This document shows, piece by piece, positions 1 to 8,837 of a DNA stretch of 45,496 nt. The stretch is from assembly GCA_937127205.1 (NCBI GenBank), contig CAKZLS010000091.1, forward strand, positions 1-45,496. Direction: 5' to 3'. The translations under genes and the position numbers were made by a program. Every line of letters begins with the position of its first letter. Positions within the stretch are counted from its first letter, which is position 1. A model generated the notes under the pieces. It was not told where the DNA came from and made no database searches. It saw only the letters and a program-made list of their open reading frames with translations. Origin of the DNA: an uncultured Rhodospirillales bacterium (GTDB lineage Bacteria; Pseudomonadota; Alphaproteobacteria; Rhodospirillales; Defluviicoccaceae).

Positions 1-419
1 GGTCGCTACGGCAAGCCGGTTACCCACAGCTACACCACGCCAAGGGACACAAGCCCGTGCGGTCAGATCTTGGTACGTGGTGAGCCGGGTTGGGAGATCA
101 TCGACGAAATCGCGCCATGTGACGGAGAGCCGGTCATCGACAAGCCGGGCAAGGGCTCGTTCTGCGCAACCGATCTGGAGTTGCTCCTGCGCATGCGCGG
201 GATCGACAACATCGTTCTGCCGGCATTACGACCGATGTTTGTGTCCACACGACCATGCGCGAGGCCAATGACCGGGGCTTCGAGTGCCTGCTTCTCGAAG
301 ACTGCTGTGGCGCGACGGACCAGGGAAATCATGACGCGGCGATCAAGATGGTGAAGATGCAAGGGGGTGTCTTCGGGACCGTATCCAATAGTTCCACGTT
401 CACTAGCCAGATTCCGTAA
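1..419 (+). pseudogene. Isochorismatase-family (cysteine) hydrolase, 5'-truncated by the window edge and frameshifted
   Basis: Frame 1 (to ~219) reads ...[47 protein letters not shown]. The family-typical continuation [52 protein letters not shown]...QIP* lies in frame 3 (222-419, TAA at 417-419). One missing base near 220 (ctg-cc-ggc where ctg-Ncc-ggc is expected) would join the two parts. Confidence 0.6.
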
Positions 420-527
420 TCCCCGCCTGCAACGGACGTGGAATGCGTTTATCGTTTTCGTCTACCGAATTCGGGGCGAGCGCTTATGAAGCTTGACTCT
501 CGCGGGGGACTACACAACAAACGATAG

Positions 528-1874
528 ATGAACAAGATAGCCGAGAGCGCAGAAGCACCGAGCACGCAGAGGGCGTTTTTGAAAGACGCCGCACATCCGC
601 TGCGCGAGACGCTCATCAACGAGTTGCATGCCCGGCCGTTCGAGTCGTTGGAGCCTCCGCTCAGGGCTTCGTATCTTGCGGTGTTTACGGGCGAGAGTGT
701 CGAGGCGGCACAGGTGCAACGCGCCCATGTGGTCCGCCTGTGCGCCCGCTACGATGTGGCGCCTCCGGCCTCGGACGCGAAGCATTTTATTCAGGACCTC
801 GGTCCCTTCCGCTTCCGTTGGGAAGGTCACTCCGAATTCTGCACCTATACCTTCCTGCGCGCTGAACCCTTTGCCGAACCTTTCGCGGATCCCGTGATCA
901 ACCTGGTGCCCCGCGACTGGCTCGACGCTATCCCCGGCGAGATGCTTATTGCGGCCCATGTGGCGCTGGAGACGCGCGACGTGCCGCTGCGGGAAGCGCC
1001 GGTGCTTTCGCGTCTGTTCAACCATAATCTCGTGATGGGGTGCGGCATCGCCGGCGGCAGCGCCATGATGTGGTCCGACCTCCGCCCGGATACAGATGGG
1101 TTCGTCCGTTTTCTCGTCCGCGACGTCGATCTTTATGATCGCCAAGCCGGACGATCCATCCAGCGCTTGCTGGAGATCCATACCTACAGCACGCTCGCCC
1201 TGCTCGCGTTGCCGATGGCGATGGAGTCCATCCCCACCATCGCCCGGTGCGATGCGGCGCTCTCCGAGATCACGGGGCGCATGGGAAGAATTCGCGACCT
1301 GGCCGATGAGCGTCACCTGCTCGCCGAACTCACGACGCTCGCCGGCAAGGTGGAGCGCATGGAGGCCAACACCAACTACCGCTTCAGCGCCTCCCGGGCC
1401 TACTATGAACTCGTGCTGGCTCGCGTCACGGAGTTGCACGAGCAGCGCCTGTGCGGATATCAGCGGCTGAGTACGTTCCTCGACCGGCGCCTGGGTCCGG
1501 CCATGCGTACCTGCGAGGCCGCGCGCGCCAGGCAGGGGGCACTGGCGGACCGCATCGCGCGCTCAAGCAATCTGCTGCGGACCCGCGTAGAAGTAGCCCT
1601 GGAGGCGCAAAATCAAGATCTGCTGCAATCCATGGACCGGCGTGCGAAATTGCAGCTACGGCTCCAGGCCACTGTGGAAGGGCTTTCAGTGGCGGCCATC
1701 AGCTACTATGTGGTTGGGCTGATAGGATACTTGGCCAAGGCGCTCAAGGAAACGGGGATTGGCGTCAATCCGGATGTGGTCAGCGGCATTGCCATTCCCT
1801 TCGTCGCCGGCGCGGTTTGGTGGGGCGTTCGCCATGCCCGTCAGATTGCGATCCGTGAAGACCAGGCAGATTAG
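528..1874 (+). CDS. DUF3422-like membrane-anchored protein of unknown function
   Basis: 448-aa ORF. It has an N-terminal HPLRETLINELHARPFESL motif, a long helical central part and two C-terminal hydrophobic helices (LSVAAISYYVVGLIGYLAKAL, IAIPFVAGAVWWGV). Family assignment is from memory of DUF3422 proteins and was not searched. Confidence 0.6.
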   Translation: MNKIAESAEAPSTQRAFLKDAAHPLRETLINELHARPFESLEPPLRASYLAVFTGESVEAAQVQRAHVVRLCARYDVAPPASDAKHFIQDLGPFRFRWEGHSEFCTYTFLRAEPFAEPFADPVINLVPRDWLDAIPGEMLIAAHVALETRDVPLREAPVLSRLFNHNLVMGCGIAGGSAMMWSDLRPDTDGFVRFLVRDVDLYDRQAGRSIQRLLEIHTYSTLALLALPMAMESIPTIARCDAALSEITGRMGRIRDLADERHLLAELTTLAGKVERMEANTNYRFSASRAYYELVLARVTELHEQRLCGYQRLSTFLDRRLGPAMRTCEAARARQGALADRIARSSNLLRTRVEVALEAQNQDLLQSMDRRAKLQLRLQATVEGLSVAAISYYVVGLIGYLAKALKETGIGVNPDVVSGIAIPFVAGAVWWGVRHARQIAIREDQAD

Positions 1875-1905
1875 GCAGTTTTCCGAGATTTGCTTACCGG
1901 CGAAC

Positions 1906-2187
1906 TTATGCCCTTTTGGTGCGGCGCCGGAGGTCGATGAGGTGCGCGGCGAACGCGGCCACGATAAACAACCCCAACAGTTCGAACGGCCAGCCCACGA
2001 GCACGGCCCGCAGGGCGAGCAGCAGGAAGGCGCCCGACAGCATGGTGGCAATGAGATCGGAAACGGGAACGCCGCGCTTGGTCACTCGATGGTAGATGAG
2101 AAGAACAATGGCCTCGACAACCATAATGCCCAGGATAAGGTCAATCGCGTGACCGGAGAGAAAGAACTCCTGGACCGCCGCCGGCAT
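1906..2187 (-). CDS. Small (93 aa) predicted three-helix membrane protein, uncharacterised
   Basis: ATG at 2187 lies 4 nt downstream of the tspO stop (2192-2194). The product has three hydrophobic stretches (IDLILGIMVVEAIVLLIY, LIATMLSGAFLLLALRAVLV, LLGLFIVAAFAAHLI) and mostly G/C-ending codons. The overlapping + strand ORF 1759-2205 translates to a low-complexity sequence. Confidence 0.5.
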   Translation of the reverse strand: MPAAVQEFFLSGHAIDLILGIMVVEAIVLLIYHRVTKRGVPVSDLIATMLSGAFLLLALRAVLVGWPFELLGLFIVAAFAAHLIDLRRRTKRA

Positions 2188-2191
2188 GGCC

Positions 2192-2689
2192 TCAGGATCC
2201 CGTGAACGGCGCGTTCAGCCGGACCACCTCGTAGTTCAGCAACGCGGCGACAGACACCCAAGCCAGGTAGGGGACCAGCAGCCAACTAGCCAGCTTGGAT
2301 GCCTTGGCACACACGAAGATCAGAACGACGATGGACAGCCACAGCACGCCCACTTCCACCAGCGCCCAATCCGGCAGATGAAGAAAGAAGAATAGGGCGC
2401 TCCACAGAATGTTCAGCACGCCGTTGGCGATGAACAGGGCGATGATCCGATATTCCTGGGTACGACTCTTTGCGCCGCGCCACGCAAGAACCGCCGAGCT
2501 GGCGGCCAGAGCGTAGATGGCCGTCCACGCCACCGGAAACAGCCAATCCGGAGGCTGCCACGACGGTTTCTCCAGGCTCCGATACCATGGCCCCAGTTCG
2601 GTAAGGCCGCCACCGATCATGGCCACCACGAGGGCGGCGACGGCGGCGATGAGAGCGGGTTTCCAGTACACTTTGCGCGGCGCCGTCAC
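2192..2689 (-). CDS. tspO: Tryptophan-rich sensory protein TspO/CrtK
   Basis: 165 aa with five hydrophobic segments and the Trp-rich TspO/MBR signature WYRSLEKPSWQPPDWLFPVAWTAIY. The GTG start overlaps the bchP stop (GTGA). Confidence 0.9.
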   Translation of the reverse strand: MTAPRKVYWKPALIAAVAALVVAMIGGGLTELGPWYRSLEKPSWQPPDWLFPVAWTAIYALAASSAVLAWRGAKSRTQEYRIIALFIANGVLNILWSALFFFLHLPDWALVEVGVLWLSIVVLIFVCAKASKLASWLLVPYLAWVSVAALLNYEVVRLNAPFTGS

Positions 2690-3888
2690 GGAGTGACGAT
2701 GCGGAAGAGATGCGCCAAATCTTTGAAGAATATCCGGATGTGAGCCATCGGCTTCTTCCGGACCAATTCCTTGTTCATGTAGGCTTCCCAGGTGAGGTGC
2801 TGGACGTCGGGATCCCGGCAGATGCTGACGAACCGCTCCCGCCGCCGGTCGTTGACGTACCAGAAACGCTGCAACAATCCAAGGATCCAGAACACCCGTC
2901 CATGCGTTTTCATGAAGCGCTTTCGCACCGTCGCCAGGGCCTTGACGTCGCCGCTAGCTACATACGCGTCGACAGCTTCCGCCGCCAGCCGTCCGCTGAA
3001 CATGGCGTAGTAGATACCTTCACCCGATGCCGGCGCGACGGCGCCCGCGGCATCGCCGACAAGGATGACGTCGCGGCCGTTGTCCCATCGCCGGCGCGGA
3101 CGCAGCGGGATTGGCGCGCCCTCGCACCGGATCGTCTCCGAGTCTTTCAATCCGGCGGCGTCACGCACGACCCCAACCGCGTCGCGCATGGAGAACCCTT
3201 TGTGCGCGGTGCCGGTGCCGACGCTGGTGGTGGCGCCATGGGGGAACACCCAGGCATAGAAATCGGGCGATAGGGTTCCGCGGTAGTAAATGTCGCATCG
3301 GGATTGATCGAAATCGGGCGCGGATCCGTTTGTCGGCGAGCTGACGATTTCATGGTAGGCGAACACGTAAGGCGCGCGTTCGTTGGCCGGCATGGTTGCC
3401 CGGGCGACGGCGGAGTTGGCCCCGTCGGCGCCGATGACCACTCGGGCACGGACATGCTGCTGCTCCTGCTCGCCGGTGCCACCGGCGAGACGGAAGTAGA
3501 CGGTTACGGTGCCGTCGGATTCCCGTGTTAGATCTTCGAAAACACCCGTTCGGCGAACCGCACCGGCCTCGGCGGCGCGTTCGCGCAACCACTCGTCGAA
3601 CTCGGCGCGATCGACCATCCCGACGGACCCGCCGTCGATGGGCATGTCCACCTTGCGGTCGGTGGGCGAGATCATGCGGGCGCTGGTCGCCCGGGCGACG
3701 ATCAGAGACTCGGGGATCTCGAAATCACGGATGAGCCGGGGAGGGATGGCGCCGCCGCAGGGCTTGATGCGGCCGTCGCGGTCGAGCAGAAGGACCGACC
3801 GTCCGCTGCGGGCGAGGTCGGTTGCCGCCGTTGATCCTGAAGGTCCACCACCGACGACGACAGCGTCGAATATTTCATGAGTGTTCAT
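2686..3888 (-). CDS. bchP: Geranylgeranyl diphosphate/bacteriochlorophyllide reductase BchP
   Basis: 400 aa. N-terminal FAD fold DAVVVGGGPSGSTAATDLAR followed by KPCGGAIPPRLI. Canonical position after bchG and the MFS gene. Confidence 0.92.
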   Translation of the reverse strand: MNTHEIFDAVVVGGGPSGSTAATDLARSGRSVLLLDRDGRIKPCGGAIPPRLIRDFEIPESLIVARATSARMISPTDRKVDMPIDGGSVGMVDRAEFDEWLRERAAEAGAVRRTGVFEDLTRESDGTVTVYFRLAGGTGEQEQQHVRARVVIGADGANSAVARATMPANERAPYVFAYHEIVSSPTNGSAPDFDQSRCDIYYRGTLSPDFYAWVFPHGATTSVGTGTAHKGFSMRDAVGVVRDAAGLKDSETIRCEGAPIPLRPRRRWDNGRDVILVGDAAGAVAPASGEGIYYAMFSGRLAAEAVDAYVASGDVKALATVRKRFMKTHGRVFWILGLLQRFWYVNDRRRERFVSICRDPDVQHLTWEAYMNKELVRKKPMAHIRIFFKDLAHLFRIVTP

Positions 3889-3893
3889 GATCT

Positions 3894-5258
3894 TTATGTC
3901 TGATCCAGAGCGGCGGCGTAAGGCGCCGCGGGGGTTGGATGCTGCGCCTCCGCGCTTGGCGCCGGCGTGGGTTCCGCCGGCGACTTGTAGACCCGTGCGG
4001 CGAGGCCTGCGGAGACAATGAACAGGACCGCTTCTGCCGCGAACACGCTGGTGTACGCAACGACGGGAGAGCCAACCAGATAGCTGGTCAGATCCACGGC
4101 ACCGGTGGCCACCAGGCCGCCAACACCGAACGCAATGGCCTGCGCGGCACCCCAGAGTCCCATCCGCACGCCCTCGCGGGAAGCGCGTCCGGAGCTAACG
4201 AGGCCCATCATCGATCCGATGGCTGCAACCGCGAAGGCACCATTGGCGACACCGAGCGCGAAGACGCATTCGCGCAATGGCCAGTTCGGGGCGAAGAACC
4301 CGGCGATCACCAAACTGAAGAGCGCGGCGGTGGAGGCAACACATCCGCCGATGGTCCAGAACCGCAGCGTCCCCAGCCGTCCCCGGCCAATAGCGCTGCC
4401 GGCGATGGCTACCATGATCATGCCGACCAGCACTCCAGCATGCTGAACGCCGGAGAGCTTCGTGGATTCGCCCGGTGTCAGCCCGAAGACGGCGCCGGCG
4501 AAAGGTTCGAGAATGAGATCTTGGCCGCTGTAGGCCAGCATGGACACGAATACGAAGATCGCGAAGCGCCGTGCCTTCGGCTCGGCCCAAACCTGCGCCA
4601 GTGCCTCGCGGAACGGCGGTTTGGTGGTCTCTGCCTCGCCGGGTTTCACCGCTGCGGTCGGTCCTTCGATACCGTGAACCGCGACAATGGTCAGCAAGAA
4701 TGCCGCGCCCGCTACGCTGGCGGTCACCGCCACCAGACGAGCCGACGAAAACGGATCAAGAAAGTCGCCGGCGACGGTGGCGGTTACGGCAAAACCGGAG
4801 ATCATCATCACCCAGACAATGGTCGCCGCGGCGGCCCTGCGGCGATCGTCGACGCGAGCCGCCAATAAAACGAGCAACGACGTGCCGGTGGCGCCAACAC
4901 CAACGCCGATGAAAACGAAAGCAATGACCGCGAGGACGATACCGGCGAGCGCGTTGGTCTCCATCCACGCGGTAGCCGTGGCCGCGCTGATGCCGGCGAG
5001 CGCCAGCACCGCCATGCCGCCGATAATCCACGGCGTGCGGCGGCCGCCCACATCCGAGAAATAGCCCAACCGGGGCCGCAAAATCTGAACCCCGTAGTGC
5101 AGGGCCACGAGAATGCCTGGAAGCATGGCCGGCAACGCCAATTCCACGACCATTACCCGGTTCATGGTCGACGTCGTCAGCACGACGATGGCGCCGAGCG
5201 CGGTTTGCACTAGGCCCAACCGAATGATGCCGAACCATCCGAGCGGTTTCGTATTCAT
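3894..5258 (-). CDS. PucC/LhaA-family (BCD) MFS protein, equivalent of Rhodobacter orf428
   Basis: 454 aa, about 12 hydrophobic helices, paralogous in style to lhaA at 17802-19235. It sits between bchG and bchP, and its ATG overlaps the bchG stop (ATGA). Confidence 0.85.
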   Translation of the reverse strand: MNTKPLGWFGIIRLGLVQTALGAIVVLTTSTMNRVMVVELALPAMLPGILVALHYGVQILRPRLGYFSDVGGRRTPWIIGGMAVLALAGISAATATAWMETNALAGIVLAVIAFVFIGVGVGATGTSLLVLLAARVDDRRRAAAATIVWVMMISGFAVTATVAGDFLDPFSSARLVAVTASVAGAAFLLTIVAVHGIEGPTAAVKPGEAETTKPPFREALAQVWAEPKARRFAIFVFVSMLAYSGQDLILEPFAGAVFGLTPGESTKLSGVQHAGVLVGMIMVAIAGSAIGRGRLGTLRFWTIGGCVASTAALFSLVIAGFFAPNWPLRECVFALGVANGAFAVAAIGSMMGLVSSGRASREGVRMGLWGAAQAIAFGVGGLVATGAVDLTSYLVGSPVVAYTSVFAAEAVLFIVSAGLAARVYKSPAEPTPAPSAEAQHPTPAAPYAAALDQT

Positions 5259-6169
5259 GATGTCACCACAATAGCTGAACGGAGAGCAAAGGCGCTGACC
5301 AGCATGCCGGCGACGTAGAGAGTTGTGCCGGTGGCGTTGTACCAGGGGGCCCGTTCTTCAGGGTTGGCCAGGAGGCGAACCATACAAAGGCCTTGCGCGA
5401 CAAGAAGCCCCGCGACCGCGGCCGCATAAATCGGATGCCCCCAGGCATAGAGCAGAGCGATCACGACCACCTGGGGCAGCGCCATGCCCCAGCAGGCCAG
5501 CCGCGCCGACGCGGTAATGCCGAGGGTCGCGGGAATGGACCGAAGGCCCATTTGCCGGTCGCCGACGACCGACTTGAAATCGTTGAGGGTCATGATGCCG
5601 TGGGCGCCGAGGCTGTAGAGCAGTGCCAGTACGATCACACGCCAATCGGGCAAGGCCGCCGACATGACGGCGGCGCCGGTGAACCAAGGCAGCCCTTCGT
5701 AGCAAATGGCCACCGCCGAGTTTCCGAGCCAACCGTTTTGCTTGAGCCGAAATGGCGGCGCGCTATAGGCCCACGCAAGCACCAATCCGAAGACGGCGGC
5801 GGCAAATACCCACAAACCGAGTGCAGCCGCAACGCCAAGGGAAAGCAGCGTCCATGCGATGGCGATATAAAGGCCCCATCGGCCCGGAATGCGACCCGAG
5901 GGGATGGGCCGATCAGGTTCGTTGATAGCGTCCACATGGCGATCAAACCAGTCGTTAACCGCTTGACTGGTGCCGCAGACAAGGGGGCCGGCAAGGAGAA
6001 TGCCGGCTGCCACAACCAGCCATCGCTCACCAATGGGCAGGCCGCTCGAGACCACGCCGCAGCCAAAGGCCCACATGGGCGCAAACCAAGTGATCGGCTT
6101 GAGCAACACCATCGCCGCCGAGACGGTTGGACGGGTCTCCCTGACTGTGACCGTTGCTGGAGTTGCCAT
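5255..6169 (-). CDS. bchG: Bacteriochlorophyll synthase BchG (UbiA-type prenyltransferase)
   Basis: 304 aa polytopic protein with the UbiA motif NDWFDRHVDAINEPDRPIPSGRI and LLKPITWFAPMWAF near the N-terminus. Confidence 0.92.
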   Translation of the reverse strand: MATPATVTVRETRPTVSAAMVLLKPITWFAPMWAFGCGVVSSGLPIGERWLVVAAGILLAGPLVCGTSQAVNDWFDRHVDAINEPDRPIPSGRIPGRWGLYIAIAWTLLSLGVAAALGLWVFAAAVFGLVLAWAYSAPPFRLKQNGWLGNSAVAICYEGLPWFTGAAVMSAALPDWRVIVLALLYSLGAHGIMTLNDFKSVVGDRQMGLRSIPATLGITASARLACWGMALPQVVVIALLYAWGHPIYAAAVAGLLVAQGLCMVRLLANPEERAPWYNATGTTLYVAGMLVSAFALRSAIVVTS

Positions 6170-6175
6170 GCCGGA

Positions 6176-6204
6176 ACATTATTATTGACGCCCTAAGTTG
6201 TCAA
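6176..6204 (-). promoter_or_regulatory. Sigma70-like promoter candidate for bchG (TTGACA-N17-TAATGT)
   Basis: On the minus strand, TTGACA (6204-6199) is the right half of the PpsR palindrome. A 17-nt spacer follows, then TAATGT (6181-6176). The -10 hexamer ends 6 nt before the bchG ATG (6169). Confidence 0.4.
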
Positions 6205-6216
6205 CTAAACTTGACA
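6199..6216. promoter_or_regulatory. PpsR/CrtJ operator, perfect TGT-N12-ACA palindrome
   Basis: TGTCAACTAAACTTGACA lies in the 107-bp gap between the ppsR stop and the bchG start. Confidence 0.7.
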
Positions 6217-6276
6217 GTCTTCAGCGGCGGTTTTTGGAGGTGGCTGAGGGCGTCCAGACGCACTGGCTGCCGTCCT

Positions 6277-7683
6277 CTAGGCGGTGTCGTTTGTGAGGCC
6301 GAAGCGGCGCAGCTTCACGTAAAGGCTCTGCCGGCTCAACCCGAGCACGTCGGCGGCTGAAGCCCGGTTGTCGCTGGTCAAGTCGAGAGCAGCTTCGATA
6401 CACAATCTCTCGATGATATCGGTGGTCTCGCGGACGATTTCCTTCAGTGGTACGCCGCCTACCAGGCTTGTCAGCTGTTCAACCGAACGAGGCAATTCCC
6501 GACCGGCGCTGGGAGAGGAGCTTAGACGTTGGCTCACGTTGCGGATGGCAAAGACGAAGCAGACTTGATGTTTGTCTATGATTGACGAGGCCGACACTTC
6601 AACATTGGCCGATATGCCGTGTTCGCCGTGAAGATTGGACGCGAACATACGGATTAGGCCGCGCTCGCGGAGATTGGTGATCAAAACTTTCAGATCTACG
6701 CCCGGGCGTCCGAGCCACCGCTCCAGCGACTCTCCGGCGGCTTGAGTCTCGACCACCAACTGGGCCATATCGAGAAAGGCCCGGTTGGCGGCAACGATGT
6801 ATCCGCTATCGTCGGTGACCACGAACCCGTCCGCCGAACTCTGCACGTAGGGGCAAAGCGGCGACATTGTCCCATCCTGAACGAGAATTTTACCGTTCTC
6901 CTCAACGGGACACAAACGGATCAATAGGTTGGACTCTCGATCATGACGAAATAATGAGGCAGAAACCAAGAACTCCCGCGTGCCATCGGCGAGGCGCGCG
7001 TGGACAGGGTCGGCCTTTCCCACCGACCTGACCGTTGCCATGAGAGATTCAACCGAGCGCATCCCCTGTCTGTCCAATCCCCGGGGAAACCGCTTTCCGA
7101 CCATGTCCTTCATGGCTTTTCCGAGCAGCGTCTCAGCTGCCGGGTTGGCTTCCGCTACCGTGCCGGTGGCCGGATCGACAATAAGCACTACCTCCGAGGT
7201 CAATTGAAAGAGCAGCCGATACCGCATCTCCAATTGCCGGGCTCGCGCATAGTCCCGCTCCAGCCATTGTTGTGCTTCCACAAGTTGCTGCTGCAGGGCC
7301 GCGACATCTCGCAGATCGCGGCCGACGGCAATCACACGGCCATTCCCTTCGATTTTAACCGTGGAATAGAGAACAGGGACATCCGCACCTTTAGGCGATT
7401 GGTGGTTGACCTGCCTCAATGGGGAAACGGATTGCGGCGACGCGTCACGCAGCAACGCCTCGACCTTCGGACGGCTCTCAGAAGTAACGATTTCGAGCCA
7501 TGACTGCCCCGGCCATTGGGCATAACCATGCGATGGAAGATCGTTGCTTCCGAACGCTACATCTCGCACCACCCCGACATCGTCAAGGATAAGCGCCACA
7601 TCTGCCGCCGCAGCGATCACCGCGCCGGTTGTCTTGGGGTCGAGTCCGCTCAGAAAATTTTCGGGATGTTGAAATTGTTTCAC
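6277..7683 (-). CDS. ppsR: Photosynthesis gene repressor PpsR/CrtJ (copy 1)
   Basis: PAS-rich protein ending in a Fis-type HTH (ERLCIEAALDLTSDNRASAADVLGLSRQSLYVKLRRFGL). The track ORF (to 7842) overlaps aerR by 134 nt. An in-frame GTG at 7683, 25 nt after the aerR stop, gives 468 aa starting VKQFQHPENF, a typical PpsR length. The start remains uncertain. Confidence 0.88.
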   Translation of the reverse strand: MKQFQHPENFLSGLDPKTTGAVIAAAADVALILDDVGVVRDVAFGSNDLPSHGYAQWPGQSWLEIVTSESRPKVEALLRDASPQSVSPLRQVNHQSPKGADVPVLYSTVKIEGNGRVIAVGRDLRDVAALQQQLVEAQQWLERDYARARQLEMRYRLLFQLTSEVVLIVDPATGTVAEANPAAETLLGKAMKDMVGKRFPRGLDRQGMRSVESLMATVRSVGKADPVHARLADGTREFLVSASLFRHDRESNLLIRLCPVEENGKILVQDGTMSPLCPYVQSSADGFVVTDDSGYIVAANRAFLDMAQLVVETQAAGESLERWLGRPGVDLKVLITNLRERGLIRMFASNLHGEHGISANVEVSASSIIDKHQVCFVFAIRNVSQRLSSSPSAGRELPRSVEQLTSLVGGVPLKEIVRETTDIIERLCIEAALDLTSDNRASAADVLGLSRQSLYVKLRRFGLTNDTA

Positions 7684-7708
7684 GACCTCGACCGCCTTGC
7701 AAATCCGT

Positions 7709-8614
7709 CTACGCGCCGTCGCGTGCGAGACGCAAGGCCAATAAGTTTTCTGCCTGATCGACCGCTTCGCGCGAGTCGGCCGCAGTGGCGTCCGCGCCCA
7801 CGTACGACACAAGTTCCGGGTGCTCGATAAAGATTTGGCCACCCACCATAATTCCCACGGAATGGTTGAGTGACTCGTTACGAAGCGCGCGGATCGTCGA
7901 TGCCAGGGGCTCTATATGACGCTCGCAGCTTGCCGACAGGCCAACAACGCTAAATTGCTCCCTTCTGACTAGGTCGAGAACATCTTTACGCATGGCGCCG
8001 GGCTCGGAGGAAACGTCCCAGCCGGCCCGGCGAAGGAACTCCGCGACCATCAGTGCGCCGAAGGTGTGCTGTTCACCGGGACTCGAGAGGAGCAACGCCC
8101 GTCTGCCAAACTCTAAGGCAAGGCCTTTGCCGCAGAAGGCATAGCTCAATTCCCGAAGCATCCGCTGAAGCTGGCCAAGCGCGATAGTCACATCGGTAAA
8201 GTGACAACGATCGGCCACCCACAGCTCGCCCAGCCGTCGTGCCGCTGGTGTCAAGAGATCGAGGTATACGGTCTCGAGCGGAACATGGCGTGTGCGGATC
8301 AAGTCGACGAAATTCACAGCGGCTGCCGAGTCGTGCACCAACAGGACATCAACGAAGTCCGCTACTTCTTGGAAATTCGGCGTATTGTCGCCCACGTTTG
8401 GCGCCTGGTCATGCTGCGATGCCGGCCGGTGCGCCAAGATTAGGCGGGGAATGACGTCTGATTCAATCGTGCGGTTAAGCTGAGCCAGCGAGCTGTCCGA
8501 TAAGTCGGCTCCGGGCGCCCCGCCAATCTCTTCGATCGGGCACCACCCCTGATCACCATGGTCCCTTCGCTCCAAGGTCGCAGTTCCCGCGGTACGTTGC
8601 CGCAATGCGTTCAT
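7709..8614 (-). CDS. aerR: Cobalamin-binding antirepressor AerR/PpaA
   Basis: 301 aa. The C-terminal B12-binding domain has an ExHxxG motif (SSPGEQHTFGALMVAEFLRRAGWDV). It lies immediately upstream of ppsR as in other PGCs, and the SD AAGGGGAG precedes the ATG. Confidence 0.85.
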   Translation of the reverse strand: MNALRQRTAGTATLERRDHGDQGWCPIEEIGGAPGADLSDSSLAQLNRTIESDVIPRLILAHRPASQHDQAPNVGDNTPNFQEVADFVDVLLVHDSAAAVNFVDLIRTRHVPLETVYLDLLTPAARRLGELWVADRCHFTDVTIALGQLQRMLRELSYAFCGKGLALEFGRRALLLSSPGEQHTFGALMVAEFLRRAGWDVSSEPGAMRKDVLDLVRREQFSVVGLSASCERHIEPLASTIRALRNESLNHSVGIMVGGQIFIEHPELVSYVGADATAADSREAVDQAENLLALRLARDGA

Positions 8615-8746
8615 GAGTTTACTCCCCTTATAGCGATATTAGGTTATCTCTATCGCTTTAGTATCTCTAAAAAAACCCTCCGAGATCCGAGCTCAAACAC
8701 TATAAACGCACCCCGGCGCTGCCGCCGGAGAGCATGACAAAAAAAG

Positions 8747-8776
8747 ATATTGGATTGAGCCTGATCCGATTGTCAA
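8747..8776 (-). promoter_or_regulatory. Possible aerR promoter (TTGACA-N18-CAATAT) using the left PpsR box as -35
   Basis: On the minus strand, TTGACA (8776-8771) is the end of box 1. CAATAT (8752-8747) follows after 18 nt. The -10 is weak. Confidence 0.3.
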
Positions 8777-8814
8777 GAAGTCTTGACGAAGAACTGTGTA
8801 AACAACAATTGACA
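8771..8814. promoter_or_regulatory. Tandem PpsR/CrtJ operators separated by 8 bp
   Basis: Box 1 is TGTCAAGAAGTCTTGACG (8771-8788, TGT-N12-ACG, internal inverted repeat TCAAGA/TCTTGA). Box 2 is TGTAAACAACAATTGACA (8797-8814, perfect TGT-N12-ACA). Confidence 0.72.
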
Positions 8815-8837
8815 GTCCGAGAGGCCACGTCTAGAGT
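8809..8837 (+). promoter_or_regulatory. Sigma70-like promoter candidate for the bchF operon (TTGACA-N17-TAGAGT)
   Basis: TTGACA (8809-8814) is the right half of PpsR box 2. An exact 17-nt spacer follows, then TAGAGT (8832-8837). Confidence 0.45.

Noticed and set aside
510-1439. 309-aa ORF on the minus strand
   Set aside because: It is antisense to the DUF3422 gene. Its composition is Arg/Gly/His-rich with no hydrophobic or domain pattern.
6277-7842. Long N-terminal extensions in the ORF track: ppsR 521 aa, bchF 203 aa, bchH 1322 aa, puhE 336 aa, hemA 420 aa, bchZ 517 aa, crtF 456 aa, crtC 404 aa
   Set aside because: In each case the extension overlaps the preceding gene out of frame and lacks family-like sequence. 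An internal start adjacent to the upstream stop restores the usual protein length.
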